From Octopus vulgaris (lineage: Eukaryota): DNA of 64,000 bases. The stretch lies in the NCBI GenBank assembly GCA_951406725.2, contig OX597839.1, positions 24,366,001 to 24,430,000 on the forward strand. The letters run 5' to 3'. Numbering within the stretch: position 1 is the first letter of the stretch; each line of letters begins with the position of its first letter. Made by a program: the position numbers and the translations under genes. Under the pieces are notes generated by a model. The model was not told where the DNA came from, ran no database searches, and was given only the letters and a program-made list of their open reading frames with translations. Below, one piece after another: positions 1-12,444 of the stretch.

Positions 1-284
1 ACAAGTCCAGGCAAGGTTGTTTATGGAAGACCAATAGTCACGTCACCCATGTATACCAGCCTCCGCTCCTTTCCATGCCTTTCCATGCCAGATGTTATCC
101 AAGGGAAAGGCAAAGGGCCCCGATACAGCTTGTCACCGGTTACATCACAACTCATTTCTACAGCTGAGTAAACTGGAGCAACGTGAAATAAAGTGTCTTG
201 CTCAAGAACACATCACACAGCCCAGTCTCGGAATCGAACTCACTACCACACTGTAAGCCAGACCTTCTAACCACTGAGTCATGC
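1..284 (-). mobile_element. CORE-type tRNA-derived SINE (runs off window start)
   Basis: Minus strand has a tRNA-like head (tgactcagtggttag...gagttcgattcc) followed by the CORE-like block gtgttcttgagcaagacactttatttcac; colinear with copies at 38325 and 41569. Confidence 0.8.
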
Positions 285-289
285 ACCTC

Positions 290-371
290 TTCACATATGC
301 ATAGATACATGCATGCACATGTATCTACACACACAAACATATATATATATATATATATATACATACATACA

Positions 372-410
<39 letters not shown>

Positions 411-614
411 ATATATGTCATCATCATCATCATCATTTAGCGTCCGCTTTCCATGTGGCATGGGTTGGGCGGTTCAACTGGGGTCTGTGAAGCCAGAAGG
501 CTGCATCAGGCCCAGTCTGATCTGCCCTTCCTAACGCCAACTACTCCGCGAGTGTAGTGGGTGATTTTTACGCGCCACCCGCACATAAATGTATATATAT
601 ATATATATGTATGT

Positions 615-647
<33 letters not shown>

Positions 648-657
648 CATATATGTG

Positions 658-688
<31 letters not shown>

Positions 689-703
689 ATATATACATAT
701 ATA

Positions 704-756
<53 letters not shown>

Positions 757-806
757 GATACAAATAAGAAAATGGAGGAACAGATTCCTTTCAATCATCA
801 ACTTAC

Positions 807-839
<33 letters not shown>

Positions 840-850
840 TACACATCATG
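290..850. repeat. (TA)n/(CA)n/(TG)n microsatellite field surrounding a short SINE D copy
   Basis: Directly visible dinucleotide runs. Confidence 0.95.
419..584 (-). mobile_element. SINE family D (RTE-like ends), short copy
   Basis: (CAT)n tail, then cgtccgctttccatg...gcccttcctaacgccaac; matches copies at 4473, 38848 and 62541, with an internal deletion. Confidence 0.8.
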
Positions 851-1587
851 TGTGTGAGTGTACTCAGCAGCACATACACAATTACACCACAACACTTTTG
901 TGATGATATTAATCTTCACCAATCACTCCTGTATGTAGATGGCACACCTTGAGAGCAACACACACACACATATATATATACATACACTCTCACAAAACAA
1001 CTCACTCTCCATTCTGAGTCCACAAACACGTTTTTATAACAACAAATATAATAATATACAGACAATGACCAGCCAGTGTGTATATACATACATGTGATTA
1101 TAGAGTAAAGGCCTGTATATTGACTTATTAGCCATCGGCTTTGCATGCATGTGTGATTATATATAACAAGGCCTATATATCTAAACCTGTGTATATATAT
1201 ATATAAATATATGCTGACAGTGTGTGTGTGTTATATTGACTGACCTATATATTGACACAAACCTGAACCATCGACCTCCATGCCAAGATAACAATCCACT
1301 GTAATAACAACTTCAAACTCTACATTGCACTGAACTAATCAAAATATTTATGGTATCACACATATACGCACACTACTACAGTTACACAAACACACACTCC
1401 GAAACACACACACACACGCACACACACACATATATATATATATGAAGGCCAGAGAGACAATCAGAAACACAGACATAATCACTACTACTACTACAACACA
1501 CACACACAAATGTAAATACAGATGGGTGGGGGTATTACAGAGAAACTCAAATACAAATATACACATACAGATAATCACACACACACA

Positions 1588-1624
<37 letters not shown>

Positions 1625-1714
1625 ATCACACACACACACACAATCACACACACACACACATACAACACACACACACACAATCACACACACACATACAATC
1701 ACACACACACACCT

Positions 1715-2580
1715 GCGGCTTGTTTCAGTTTCTATCTACCAAATCTCCTCAAAAGGCTTTGGTTGGCCCAGGGCTTCTAATAGGAGACACTTGCCCGGAG
1801 GTGCCATGCAGTGGAACTGAACCCAGAACCATGTGGTTGCGAAGCAAGCTTCTTACCAAGCCTGATCTTAGTGTGTTTCTGTGTATATTTGTATTTGAAT
1901 GTCTTGTCTGTCTGTCTGTCCCCCTGTTTACTTTTATCTGTATTTTTGTATTCATATTGTGTGTGTGTGTGTGTGTGTGTTTCTGTGACCCTCACCATTG
2001 CTTGGCAACTGGCCTTGCCTTGTTTATATCCATGTAACTTAGCAGTTCAACAAAAGAAACAGATAAAGTACCAGGTTTAAAAGAAAATACAAGTCCTGGA
2101 CTTGATCCCATTTCACAAAAAACTCCATGACGGTGCCCCAGCATGGTCACAGTCAAATAACAAACAAGCAAAGGATAAAGGATGTATACAGGCGCAGGAA
2201 TGGCTGTGTGTTAAATAACTTGCATCCCAACCAGATGGTTCTGGGTTCAGTCCCACTGTGTGACACCTTGGGCAGTGTCTTCTACTATAGCCTCAGGAAA
2301 ACCAAAGCCTTGTGAGTGGATTTGTTAGAAGGAAACTGAAAGAAGCCTATCGTAAATATGTGTGTGTGTGTGTGTATCTATGTGTACGTGTCTGTTTCCT
2401 CCCCGCCATCACCGCTTGATAGCTGGTGTTGAGGTGTTTACGTCCCTGTTCAGCAAAAGATACTGATAGAAAAGGGCTAGGCTTAAAAACAGTCCTGGGT
2501 TCAATTTGGGTGACTAAAAACCTTTTTTGAGGCAGTGCTCCAGCATGGCCACAGTCAAGTGACTGAAACAAGAAAAAAAG
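1715..2580. mobile_element. SINE family A cluster (inverted head fragment ~1715-1860, tail fragment ~1985-2180, near-full + copy 2191-2580)
   Basis: Head ggcgcaggaatggctgtgtg...ggttcagtcccactg and tail gtgctccagcatggccacagtcaa are shared with many other copies in the window. Confidence 0.8.
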
Positions 2581-2711
2581 AATGTGTGTGTATATATATA
2601 TATATAATAACAAAGGGTAAAATTAATTAATTAAGAAGTAATCAATAATTTCACCAAGTAGAATTCGGCATGAAAAAAGGACCATTTCATGGAAAACTTA
2701 AGTAATACTTA

Positions 2712-2935
2712 ATAATTAGGGTTTAGCAAAGATTTGCTTTACCACATACCGAAAGTTTAGAAATAGCAGCCAAAAACGTTAGCTATTTCTTCTACATTAA
2801 AAAGGGACTCCCAGAAAAACCAAAATACTTGACTGGGAGTCCCTTTTTAAAGTAGAAGAAATAGCTAACGTTTTTCGGCTGCTATTTCTAAACTTCGGTA
2901 TGTGGTACAGGAAATCTTTGCTGAACCCTAATTAT
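2712..2935. repeat. Long inverted repeat, ~103-bp arms with 18-bp spacer, within an insert bounded by (TA)n
   Basis: 2712-2814 is the near-exact reverse complement of 2833-2935. Confidence 0.95.
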
Positions 2936-3017
2936 ATAATATATATATATACACACATATATATACATATATATATACATATATATATATACACACATAT
3001 ATACATACACACACATG

Positions 3018-3085
<68 letters not shown>

Positions 3086-3418
3086 GACACAAACACACAC
3101 ACACATAGGGAGAGAGTGATAATGACACAGTTTACACAAAGTATGTTTATTAAATGGGCAGAGGGGGGGGCAGTGGTGGAGGTGGCGGTGGTGATGACAG
3201 CAGACTATTAAGAGACAAGAGGAGGTGGAGTGACAAAACAGTCATACTTGTTGTACTGAGAACAAAAGAACAGACAGAATGGCTGGTGGCAATGACAACA
3301 TCCATAATGATGATGACCAGGAGACTGAAATATGCGGCAATGATTAATGAGGATCATTACTTGAGTGGATTACAATGATAGGTATATATATATATATATA
3401 TATATACATATATATATA

Positions 3419-4092
3419 GGCACAGGAGTGGCTGTGTGGTAAATAGCTTGCTTACCAACCACATGGTTCCGGGTTCAGTCCCACTGCGTGGCACCTTGGG
3501 CAAGTGTCTTCTACTATAGCCTCGGGCCGACCAAAGCCTTGTGAGTGGATTTGGTAGACGGAAACTGAAAGAAGCCCGTCGTATATATGTATATACATAT
3601 ATGTGTGTGTATAGGCACAGGAGTGGCTGTGTGGTAAGTAGCTTCCTTACCAACCATATGGTTCCGGGTTCAGTCCCACTGCGTGGCACCTTGGGCAAGT
3701 GTCTTCTACTATAGCCTTGGGCCGACCAATGCCTTGTGAGTGGATTTGGTAGACGGAAACTGAAAGAAGCCCGTCGTATATATGTATATATATATATGTG
3801 TGTGTGTGTATGTTTGTGTGTCTGTGTTTGACCCCTAGCATTGCTTGACAACCGATGCTGGTGTGGTGTTTACGTCACCGTCACTTAGCGGTTTGGCCAA
3901 AAGAGAGTGATAGAATAAGTACTGGGCTTACGAAGAATATGTCCCAGGGTCGATTTGTTCAACTAAAGGCGGTGAATTGAATAAATACTAGGCTTACAAA
4001 AAGTAAGCCTTGGGTTCAATTTGTTGTGACTAAAGGCGGTGCTCCAGCATGGCCGCAGTCAAAGGACTGAAACAAGTAAAAGAGTAAAGAGT
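3419..4092 (+). mobile_element. SINE family A, tandem head duplication plus full copy with internally duplicated tail segment
   Basis: Head ggcacaggagtggctgtgtggtaa at 3419 and ~3614; Pol III box A/B-like tggctgtgtggt / ggttcagtccc; ends caagtaaaagagtaaagag. Confidence 0.9.
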
Positions 4093-4472
4093 ATAAGTGT
4101 AGTCATTGAGGTTTTAAGATCGAAACAAGATCAACGAAGGGAGATAACTCCAGGAAGATCAAGTGAACGCAATTTGGGGATCTGGTGAAAGAAATAGATA
4201 TATTTTAACCTTATTAAAATTTCTTAAACTAAATTTTGGACAAATAGTGATATATTATACATATATATATATATATGTTTGTGAGTGAGCGTGTGTGTTT
4301 GTAAGGCTAACTCAAGCCTTAGTGAATTTGGCAGAAGTATACTAAAAAAGCCAGTTGTATAGGTATGTGTGTGCGTGTGTGTCATTTACTTTTTCTTAGG
4401 TAATAGCCATTACGCTGTGGCGCTGCTACGTATTTTGTCCAGTGTGATAATGGTTCTGCCAACTTATGATAA

Positions 4473-4897
4473 TCATCATCATCATCATTTAACGTCCGCT
4501 TTCCATGCTAGCATGGGTTGGACGGTTCAACTGGGGTCTGGGGAGCCCGAAGGCTGCACCAGGCCAGTCAGATCTGGCAGTGTTTCTACAGCTTGATGCC
4601 CTTCCTAACGCCAACCACTCCGAGAGTGTAGTGGGTGATTTTATGTGCGACCGACACAGGTGCCAGACAAGGCTGGCGAACGGCCACGCTCGGATGGTGT
4701 TTTTATGTGCCACCGACACAGGTGCCAGATGAGGCTGGCAAACGGCCACGATCGGATGGTGTTTGTTACGTGCCCACAGCACTGAGGCCAGTCGATGCGG
4801 TACTGGCTACGGCCACGTTCAGATGGTTTTCTTGTGTGCCACCGGCACTGGTACCACAAAGATACAAATTCCATTGATGTTCATCTATTTTGATTTG
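4473..4897 (-). mobile_element. SINE family D with tandem structured modules (3 full plus 1 partial)
   Basis: (CAT)n tail, RTE-like ggttggcgttaggaagggcatc motif on the minus strand, ~62-bp repeats at 4632-4848. Confidence 0.85.
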
Positions 4898-4921
4898 TTT
4901 TGATAATAATAATAATAATAA

Positions 4922-5134
4922 TCCTTTCTACTATAGACACAAGGTGTGAAATCTGGTGGGAGGCAGAAGTCGATAACATTGACCCCAGTGTGTAACTGGT
5001 ACTTATTTTCTCAACCCAGAAAGGATGAAAGGCAAAGTTGACCTCGATGGAATTTGAACTCAGAATGTGAACATGAACGAAATACCGCTAAGCATTTTGA
5101 CCGATATGCTATCGATTCTGCCAGCTCACTACCT
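4922..5134 (-). mobile_element. SINE family B (central domain resembling Meta/Sauria-type SINEs)
   Basis: Minus strand ggtgagctggcagaatc...gagttcaaattcc...ggtcaactttgcctttcatcctttc...aagtaccag; (AAT)n tail. Confidence 0.8.
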
Positions 5135-5505
5135 TATTCTGCAGTAATAATAATAAAAATGAAGTGTAAATTTAAAACAGGTATAAACTTGAAAGTAATT
5201 ATAATTGTAGATGTTAGGTGGTGGGAGGAAAGGTAAGTGTGAGAGAGAGGAGGGGGGAGGAAAATGTGTGTGTGTGAAAAATGAGTGGGAGGAGAGACAA
5301 TGGATCTCTGTAGGAAAAAGAGAAGAGAGGGAGAGAGTAAATGTTTGTGTGACAGAAAGAGGGGAAGGGTAAATGTGTGAAAGAGACAGGGGAGAGCAAA
5401 TGTTTGTTTGAAAGAGAGGGGGAGAGTAAATGCGTGTGTGTGTGTGTGTGTGAAAAAGTTGTGAGGAAGTGTGGAAGAGAGAGGGGGAGGAGTGAAAAGT
5501 AATGG

Positions 5506-5548
<43 letters not shown>

Positions 5549-5565
5549 TGTGTGTGTGTCCTATG

Positions 5566-5768
5566 CAGAAATGTTAGCATGCCGGGCGAAATGCATTGTC
5601 GTTACGTTCTGGGTTCAAATTCCGCCGAGGTCGACTTTGCCTTTCATCCTTTCGGGGTCGATAAATAAAGTACCAGTTTCCAACTGGGGTTGAAGTAATC
5701 AACTTAATCCCTTTGTTTGTCCTTGTTTGTCCCCTCTGTGTTTAACCCCTTGTGGGTAGTAAAGAAAT
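5566..5768 (+). mobile_element. SINE family B
   Basis: gttcaaattccgccgaggtcgactttgcctttcatcctttcggggtcgataaataaagtaccag; tail ccccttgtgggtagtaaagaaata. Confidence 0.85.
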
Positions 5769-6055
5769 ACATTTTCATTCACATCCATTTTCCCCATGCT
5801 GGAATGAACTGGACAAAAACTTGTCGAAGCATCAGTTTATAGCCGGGTGCTCTACCTGTCACCAACTGTCACAGGAATTCCTCTCCCCAAGTACAATATT
5901 TATTACCCTTTCCATTTGTAGATGAAACTACTTCACGACCAGACATGTCCATACGACAGGCACGACTAATGACATCAAGTACCAATACTGTTATACACTG
6001 GGGTCCACACCCTCAATGTCAAAACTGATGGACAGCTAAACACAAACCATCAATA

Positions 6056-6445
6056 GGCGCAGGAGTGGTTGTGTGGTAAGTAGCTTGTTTACCAACCACA
6101 TGGTTCCGGGTTCAGTCCTACTGCGTGGCACCTTGGGCAAGTGTCTTCTACTATAGCCTCGGGCCGACCAAAGCCTTGTGAGTGGATTTGGTAGACGGAA
6201 ACTGAAAGAAGCCCATCGTATATATGTATATATATATATATATATATATGTATGTTTGTGTGTCTGTGTGTGTCCCCCTAGCATTGCTTGACAATCAATG
6301 CTGGTGTGTTTATGTCCCCGTCACTTAGCGGTTCGGCAAAAAAAAAACCAATAGAATAAGTACTGGGCTTACAAAGAATAAGTCCCGGGGTGCTCCAGCA
6401 TGGCCGCAGTCAAAATGACTGAAACAAGTAAAAAGAGTAAAAAAA
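6056..6445 (+). mobile_element. SINE family A, full-length with small internal deletion
   Basis: Family A head, internal (TA)n(TG)n tract and tail. Confidence 0.9.
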
Positions 6446-6476
6446 GAGAGAGAGTTGTGTTTTAATGCCCACTTTT

Positions 6477-6545
6477 CAGGGCTGTGGAGTCGGAAACAAT
6501 TAAGGGTTAGCTGGAGTCAGTAAAACTACACCGACTCCGACTCAC
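6477..6545 (+). mobile_element. Possible DNA-transposon terminus fragment with GGAGTC/GACTCC subterminal repeats
   Basis: cagggctgtggagtcgg...ggagtcag...ccgactccgactc; no matching second end found. Confidence 0.3.
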
Positions 6546-6722
6546 AATATCTTTATTCTTTGGTATAAACCAGTTATAACATAGGGGCCTACTCAAAGTA
6601 CAAGTGTATGTATGCATGTGTGCCATTTGCCATTTGCATGAGACGATCGGGCCAGTCTGAACATAAAAAACACGTAGAACTATTTGGCCAGATATGGCTG
6701 GTTTAAATGCTAAAGGATTAAA

Positions 6723-7258
6723 TGATACCAACCCAGCTGAAACCACCTCTGGCTCTGTAGTACAAATGTCTTGTTTTCAAAAGTTCTGAATTAAAATCTT
6801 CCACCAAACCATAGTCACAATTTTATGTTCCTAACACTAGCTTAATGATAACTAAGTTATTTTACTAAATTCTTTGTTATATTTAAAAGCAACTGAAAGA
6901 AATACAGAACATCTCAACAGAAATACAGTAATGAAAAGGGCAGTCAGTCAAATGTGTCTTCAATTTGCACAAAATTTGGCTGCTATTTCTAACAAGTCAA
7001 TAAACTATGTGAAACAAAATCTAAAAATTAACCATTTTTATACCAACCAACCCAGCTGAAACCACCTCTGGCTCTGTAGTACAAATGTCATGTTTTCAAA
7101 AGTTTTGAATTAAAATCTTCCACCAAACCTTAGTCACAATTTATGTTCCTAACACCAGCTGAATTGATAACCAAGTTATTTTACTAAATTCTTTGTTATG
7201 TTTAAAAGGAACTGAAAGAAACACAGAGCATCTCAAAAGAAATACATTAACAAAAGGG
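6723..7258 (+). mobile_element. Two copies of TTAA-type (piggyBac-like) MITE family G (~6723-6940 and 7032-7258)
   Basis: Near-identical ~215-bp sequences; second copy flanked by TTAA at 7028-7031 and 7259-7262, ends aaaaggg|ttaa. Confidence 0.7.
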
Positions 7259-7519
7259 TTAAACAGAGTTAAAAAGTGTTTGCTTCAAGGGAGATAATTC
7301 TCGGTCTAGTTATGTTACATATGATAATGGAGAAACAACTTAGTAAAGACATTGTGTGTGTGTGTGTAGTGGCAGGAAGATAGTTGGTTCAATACCAAGG
7401 CACAATCCATGTATCCCTCTTCCTGATCATACTTGACTGAGGACCAAGTTGTCATTACCTTATTTGGAAATGGGGGATGGGGTATGGCAACAGCAGAGGG
7501 TTGATACTAAAGCATGTAA

Positions 7520-8695
7520 AGTGGCCAGATTTGGCCTCTCACACCTACCCTTCAATGCAATTGTGAAAATAAACAAGGGCGGCAAGCTGGCAGAATCGTT
7601 AGCATGCCAGGCGAAATACTTAATGGTATTTCATCTGCCGTTACGTTCTGTGTTCAAATTCCGCCGAGATCGACTTTGCCTTTCATCCTTTCGGGGTCGA
7701 TAAATTAAGTACCAGTTACACACTGGAATCGATATAATCGACTTAATCCGTTTGTCTGTCCTTGTTTGTCCCTTCTGTGTTTAGCCCCTTGTGGGTAGTA
7801 AAGAAATAGGTATTTCGTCTGTCTTTATGTTCTGAGTTCAAATTCCGCTGAGGTCGACTTTGCCTTTCATCCTTTCAGGGTTGATTAAATAAGTACCAGT
7901 TACGCACTGGGGTCGATGTAATCAACTTAATCCCTTTTTCTGTCCCCGCCATGTTTAGCTCCCTGTGGTCAATAAAGAGATTAATTGTGAAAATAAACAA
8001 TCCCATCATTGAATTCTCAAAGCTATGAGATAATTCATGTTTAATTGAAGACAAAGTGAATAAAGAAACATATTTGACAGAGAAATCTGAATGCTTAAAG
8101 GGTCAAATCAGTTATATCCAGCCCAAATATTCTTCCCGTTTTTATGTTCAAACTGGCCAGATCCGACTGCTCACACTTACCCTACAATGTCTTTCTAAAA
8201 ATAAACAATCATATCTTTGAAATCTCAGAGCTAAGAGATAATCCATGATTAATTCAAAACAATGTAATCAGATATAAGCATTAGCATTTAACAGTATGGC
8301 TGTGTGATTAGGGAGCTTGCTTCCTAGCTACATGGTTTCGGGTTCAGTCCCACTGCGTGGCACTTTGGGTAGGTGTCTTCCGCTATAGCCCCGAGCCGAC
8401 CAAAGCTTTGTGATAGAATTCGGCAGGCGGAAGTTACTGCCGTGTGTGTATATGTACGTGTAGGTGCTTGGGCCTCTCCGAAAGAGAGAGAGGGGAATGC
8501 TAAGGGTTTGTGTCGGCCATTTCTGGCCCAAATATTCTATTTTTATGTTCAAACTGGCCTGATCTGACCTCTCACACCTACTCTACAATCACATTATCTA
8601 AATTCCAAAGCTGTGAAATAATCCATGATTAATCCAAAATATGTGAGTAAATAAGCCTTACATTTGACAGAGTAATCCGGAGGCTAAAGGGTTAA
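7520..8695 (+). mobile_element. Stack of piggyBac-like MITE family F fragments, interrupted by SINE B and SINE A pieces
   Basis: Repeated ctctcacacctaccctacaatg...taaagggttaa body, matching the complete copies at 30701, 44935 and 52917. Confidence 0.7.
7577..7982 (+). mobile_element. SINE family B head-to-tail dimer with 18-bp TSD
   Basis: aattgtgaaaataaacaa at 7559-7576 and 7983-8000 flanks two tandem B bodies. Confidence 0.9.
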
Positions 8696-9297
8696 TATCT
8701 GCACTGCTACCACACACAAGAACATTCCTTTTCACACACACACACACACACAGATTTCCTTTCACAAAATACAGTTCTTTTTATAATTCTTTTCTCAATT
8801 ACATGTAACTTATATTTCCACACACACACACACTTTCCTGATAAGTAACATTTACTGTTAAAAAAAAAGAAAAGTAAGTAGGCTGATAAAAAGCCCATGA
8901 CACACGATTTAACATTTCCCAATTCCACTGCTCGTGTTTCATGCCAACTAGGATGTAACTGACATGAAACTTGAGTTAGTCAACTTGTGAAAGTTTTAAT
9001 CTTAAATACACACACGACACATTATGTACGTACATAGAAGCGTGTATTTATGGGAAGAGCAATAAATAACAGAAGTATAAAAAGCAATATTCAATAGCAA
9101 AATGTTGTGCATTGAGTCATTTGGGTTCACTGAAACCAACGCAGGCAAAACTAATGGAGGGCAATTTCAGGACACAAAAAAAAAAAAAAAGTCACAAGGA
9201 TAATTTTTGTTTTATTTTATATTTTTTATTTCTTTACTGGTTTCAATCATTAGACTGCAGCCAGGCTGGGGCACCTAAAATTTCTCAATTTAGTAAG

Positions 9298-10127
9298 GGG
9301 TGGCTGTGTGTTAAGAAGCTTCCTACCCAACCACATGGTTCTGGGTTCAGTCCCACAGCAGGGCACCTTGAGCAAGTGTCTTCTACTATAGCCTCGGGCC
9401 GACCAAAGCCTTGTGAGTGGATTTGGTAGACGGAAACTGAAAGAAGGCCCGTCATGTATATATGTGTGTGTGTGTCTGTTTGTCCCACCATCACTTGACA
9501 ACCGATGTTGGTGTGTTTATGTCCCTGTAACTTAGCGGTTTGGCAAAAGAGACCAATTGAATAAATACTAGGCTTACAAAAAGCCTTGGGTTCAATTTGT
9601 TGTGACTAAAGGCGGTGCTCCAGCATGACTGCAGTCAAAATAACTGAAACAAGTAAAAGAGTAAAACCAATCCCAGTATTAATTGTTCTTTTTTGAGCCT
9701 GGTACTTACTCTATCGGTCTCTTTTGCTGAACCACTAGGTTACGGGGGCATAAACACAACAACATGTCGTCCCATTGTGTGGCACCTTGGACAAGTATCT
9801 TCTACTAAAGCCACAGGCTGGCCAAAGCCTTGTGAATGGATTTGGTAGATGGAAATTGAAAGAAGCCTATCGTATCATCATCATCATCATCCCATAACGT
9901 TCTGCTGGCAAGGGTTGGACCTGAAGGAATCGAACATAGTAACTTGACATATGCGTATGTGTGTGTGTGCGTCTAGGTGCAGGTGGGGCAAGAAGCTTGT
10001 TTCGCAACCACATGGTTCCAGGTTCAGTCTCACTGCATGGTACCTTGGGCAAGTGTCTTCTACTATAGCCTCAGACCAACCAGAGCCTTATGGGTGGATC
10101 TGGTAGACAGAATCCGAAAGAAGCCTG

Positions 10128-10167
<40 letters not shown>

Positions 10168-10995
10168 TCATCCCTTAATGTCCATGCTGGCATGGGTTGG
10201 ACACAAAGGAATTGAACCCAGAGTCATTTGACATATGTGTGTGCGTGTGTGTGTGTCTAGGTGCAGGTGTGACTGTGGTAAGAAGCTTGCTTCCCAACCA
10301 CATGGTTCTAAGTTCAGTCCCACTCTAGTCAATTTACTGAAGCCAAGAAAAGATAAAAGATGTGTCTGTCTGTTTGTCTCCCAACCACCACCACTTGACA
10401 ACTGTTGATGGCGTGTTCATGTCCCTGTAACTTAGCAGTCTGCCAAAAAGAGGCCAATAGAATAAGTACCAAGCTTAATAAATACGAACAGGGATTGATT
10501 TGTGTGACCAAAAATACCTTTTGAGCTGGTGCTCCAGCATGGCCACAGTCAAATGACAAGTGAGAGATAAAAAAGTTACCAAAACTCAATAGAGGCACAG
10601 GAGTGGTTGTGTGGTAAGTAGCTTGCTTACGAACCACATGGTTCCGGGTTCAGTCCCACTGCGTGGCACTTTGGGCAAGTATCTTCTGCTATAGCCCCGG
10701 GCCGACCAATGCCTTGTGAGTGGATTTGGTAGATGGAAACTGAAAGAAGCCCGTCGTATATATATACATATATATATGTGTGTGTGTGTGTGTGTATATG
10801 TTTGTCCCCCTAGCATTGCTTGACAACCGATGCTGGTGTGTTTACGTCGCCGTCACTTAGCGGTTCGGCAAAAGAGACTGATAGAATAAGTACTGGGCCT
10901 ACAAATAATAAGTCCCGGGGTCGAATTGTTTGACTAAAGGCGGTGCTCCAGCATGGCCGCAGTCAAATGACTGAAACAAGTAAAAGAGTAAGAGA
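9298..10995 (+). mobile_element. Cluster of SINE family A copies and fragments (full copies ~9298-9665 and 10594-10995)
   Basis: Repeated family A head and tail motifs. Confidence 0.85.
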
Positions 10996-11419
10996 GTCCA
11001 TGGCATTTTTGTCCAACAACCACTGACTCTCTTGATCCACCACATGACTAGGAACAACAACAACAACCCCTTACACACACACACACACACATTTCCTTGT
11101 CCTAACTTCCAGATGGCACCAAATTACTCTCTCGCCACTAATTTGGATTCCAATGAGCCACCATTTTGTGATGATCTCACATGACTTGCTGCCTGCTGAG
11201 AGTTCTGTGACACAAAAGTGTTAAAAGAAAGAAAAAGAAAAAAAAAAACAAGACACCCCCCACTCCTTTACCCAGCAAAAAAAGAAGAAAAGAAGGAGCA
11301 GCACAGAACAACAGACCTTCCATAATTAAAGAACAGAAACGAAACACTAATAATTAAATGTAATAAATAAAATAAAATAAAATAAAATAAAATAAAATAA
11401 AATATGGGTGAAAATAATA

Positions 11420-11450
<31 letters not shown>

Positions 11451-11599
11451 CGTTAGTAACAGTAACGATGATAATAACAAAATTGAAAGAAATCTTTCAA
11501 ATGCCATTTGGATAAATTACGCAAATTTTACAAATTCTTCTCAGATAATACCTTTATGGAATATTTCATAAAGAATTCTGCATGTGTTTTTCTGTGTAC

Positions 11600-11946
<347 letters not shown>

Positions 11947-12444
11947 AATTTGTAAGCATGCATTTTTTCCCCAAAAGAATTCACAATATGAAAACATTAA
12001 CAATATTTGGTGGTGGTGGTGGTGGTGGTGGTGGTGGGGGAGGTGTTTGTTTTGTTTTTGATTTATTTGATTTTTGCTGGGGGGGTGGGGTGGGGGCGTC
12101 CTGCACATTATTTTTCAACGAAATTTCATATGACACTAATTGAAAAATGGAAAAATTAACAAAATAATAATAATAATAAAGATATAATCAAATTAAAATT
12201 AATTGGAATACAAGATGCTAAAAATTTGTCAACATACACAAGTCTGAATTTTTGTAATTACATTTGAAATGTTTAGAGATTTCAGATAGGAGAGGAAGAG
12301 AAATTAAAGGGGAGGTAATCCTGCTTTTGCCAATACTGATACGAGGCCCTCTCAGCTCTGAAAGATCTCAATCTGGTTCTGCTTAGTCCATCCGCATCTC
12401 TCCATAAGGAGCATGGGGCTCAGTTTTCTGCCTTCTCCAGCCTA

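Noticed and set aside
158-952. ORFs rich in YI/HT/CV dipeptides (also at 11.5, 17.5-19.5, 27, 34, 47.8 and 63.4 kb)
   Set aside because: Stop-free translations of (TA)n/(CA)n/(TG)n microsatellites; not genes.
3357-3851. Recurrent ORFs with RRHLPKVPRSGTEPGTMWLVSKLLTTQP or FDCGHAGAPPL motifs that look like a protein family
   Set aside because: They are translations of SINE A copies; frames and stops vary among copies.
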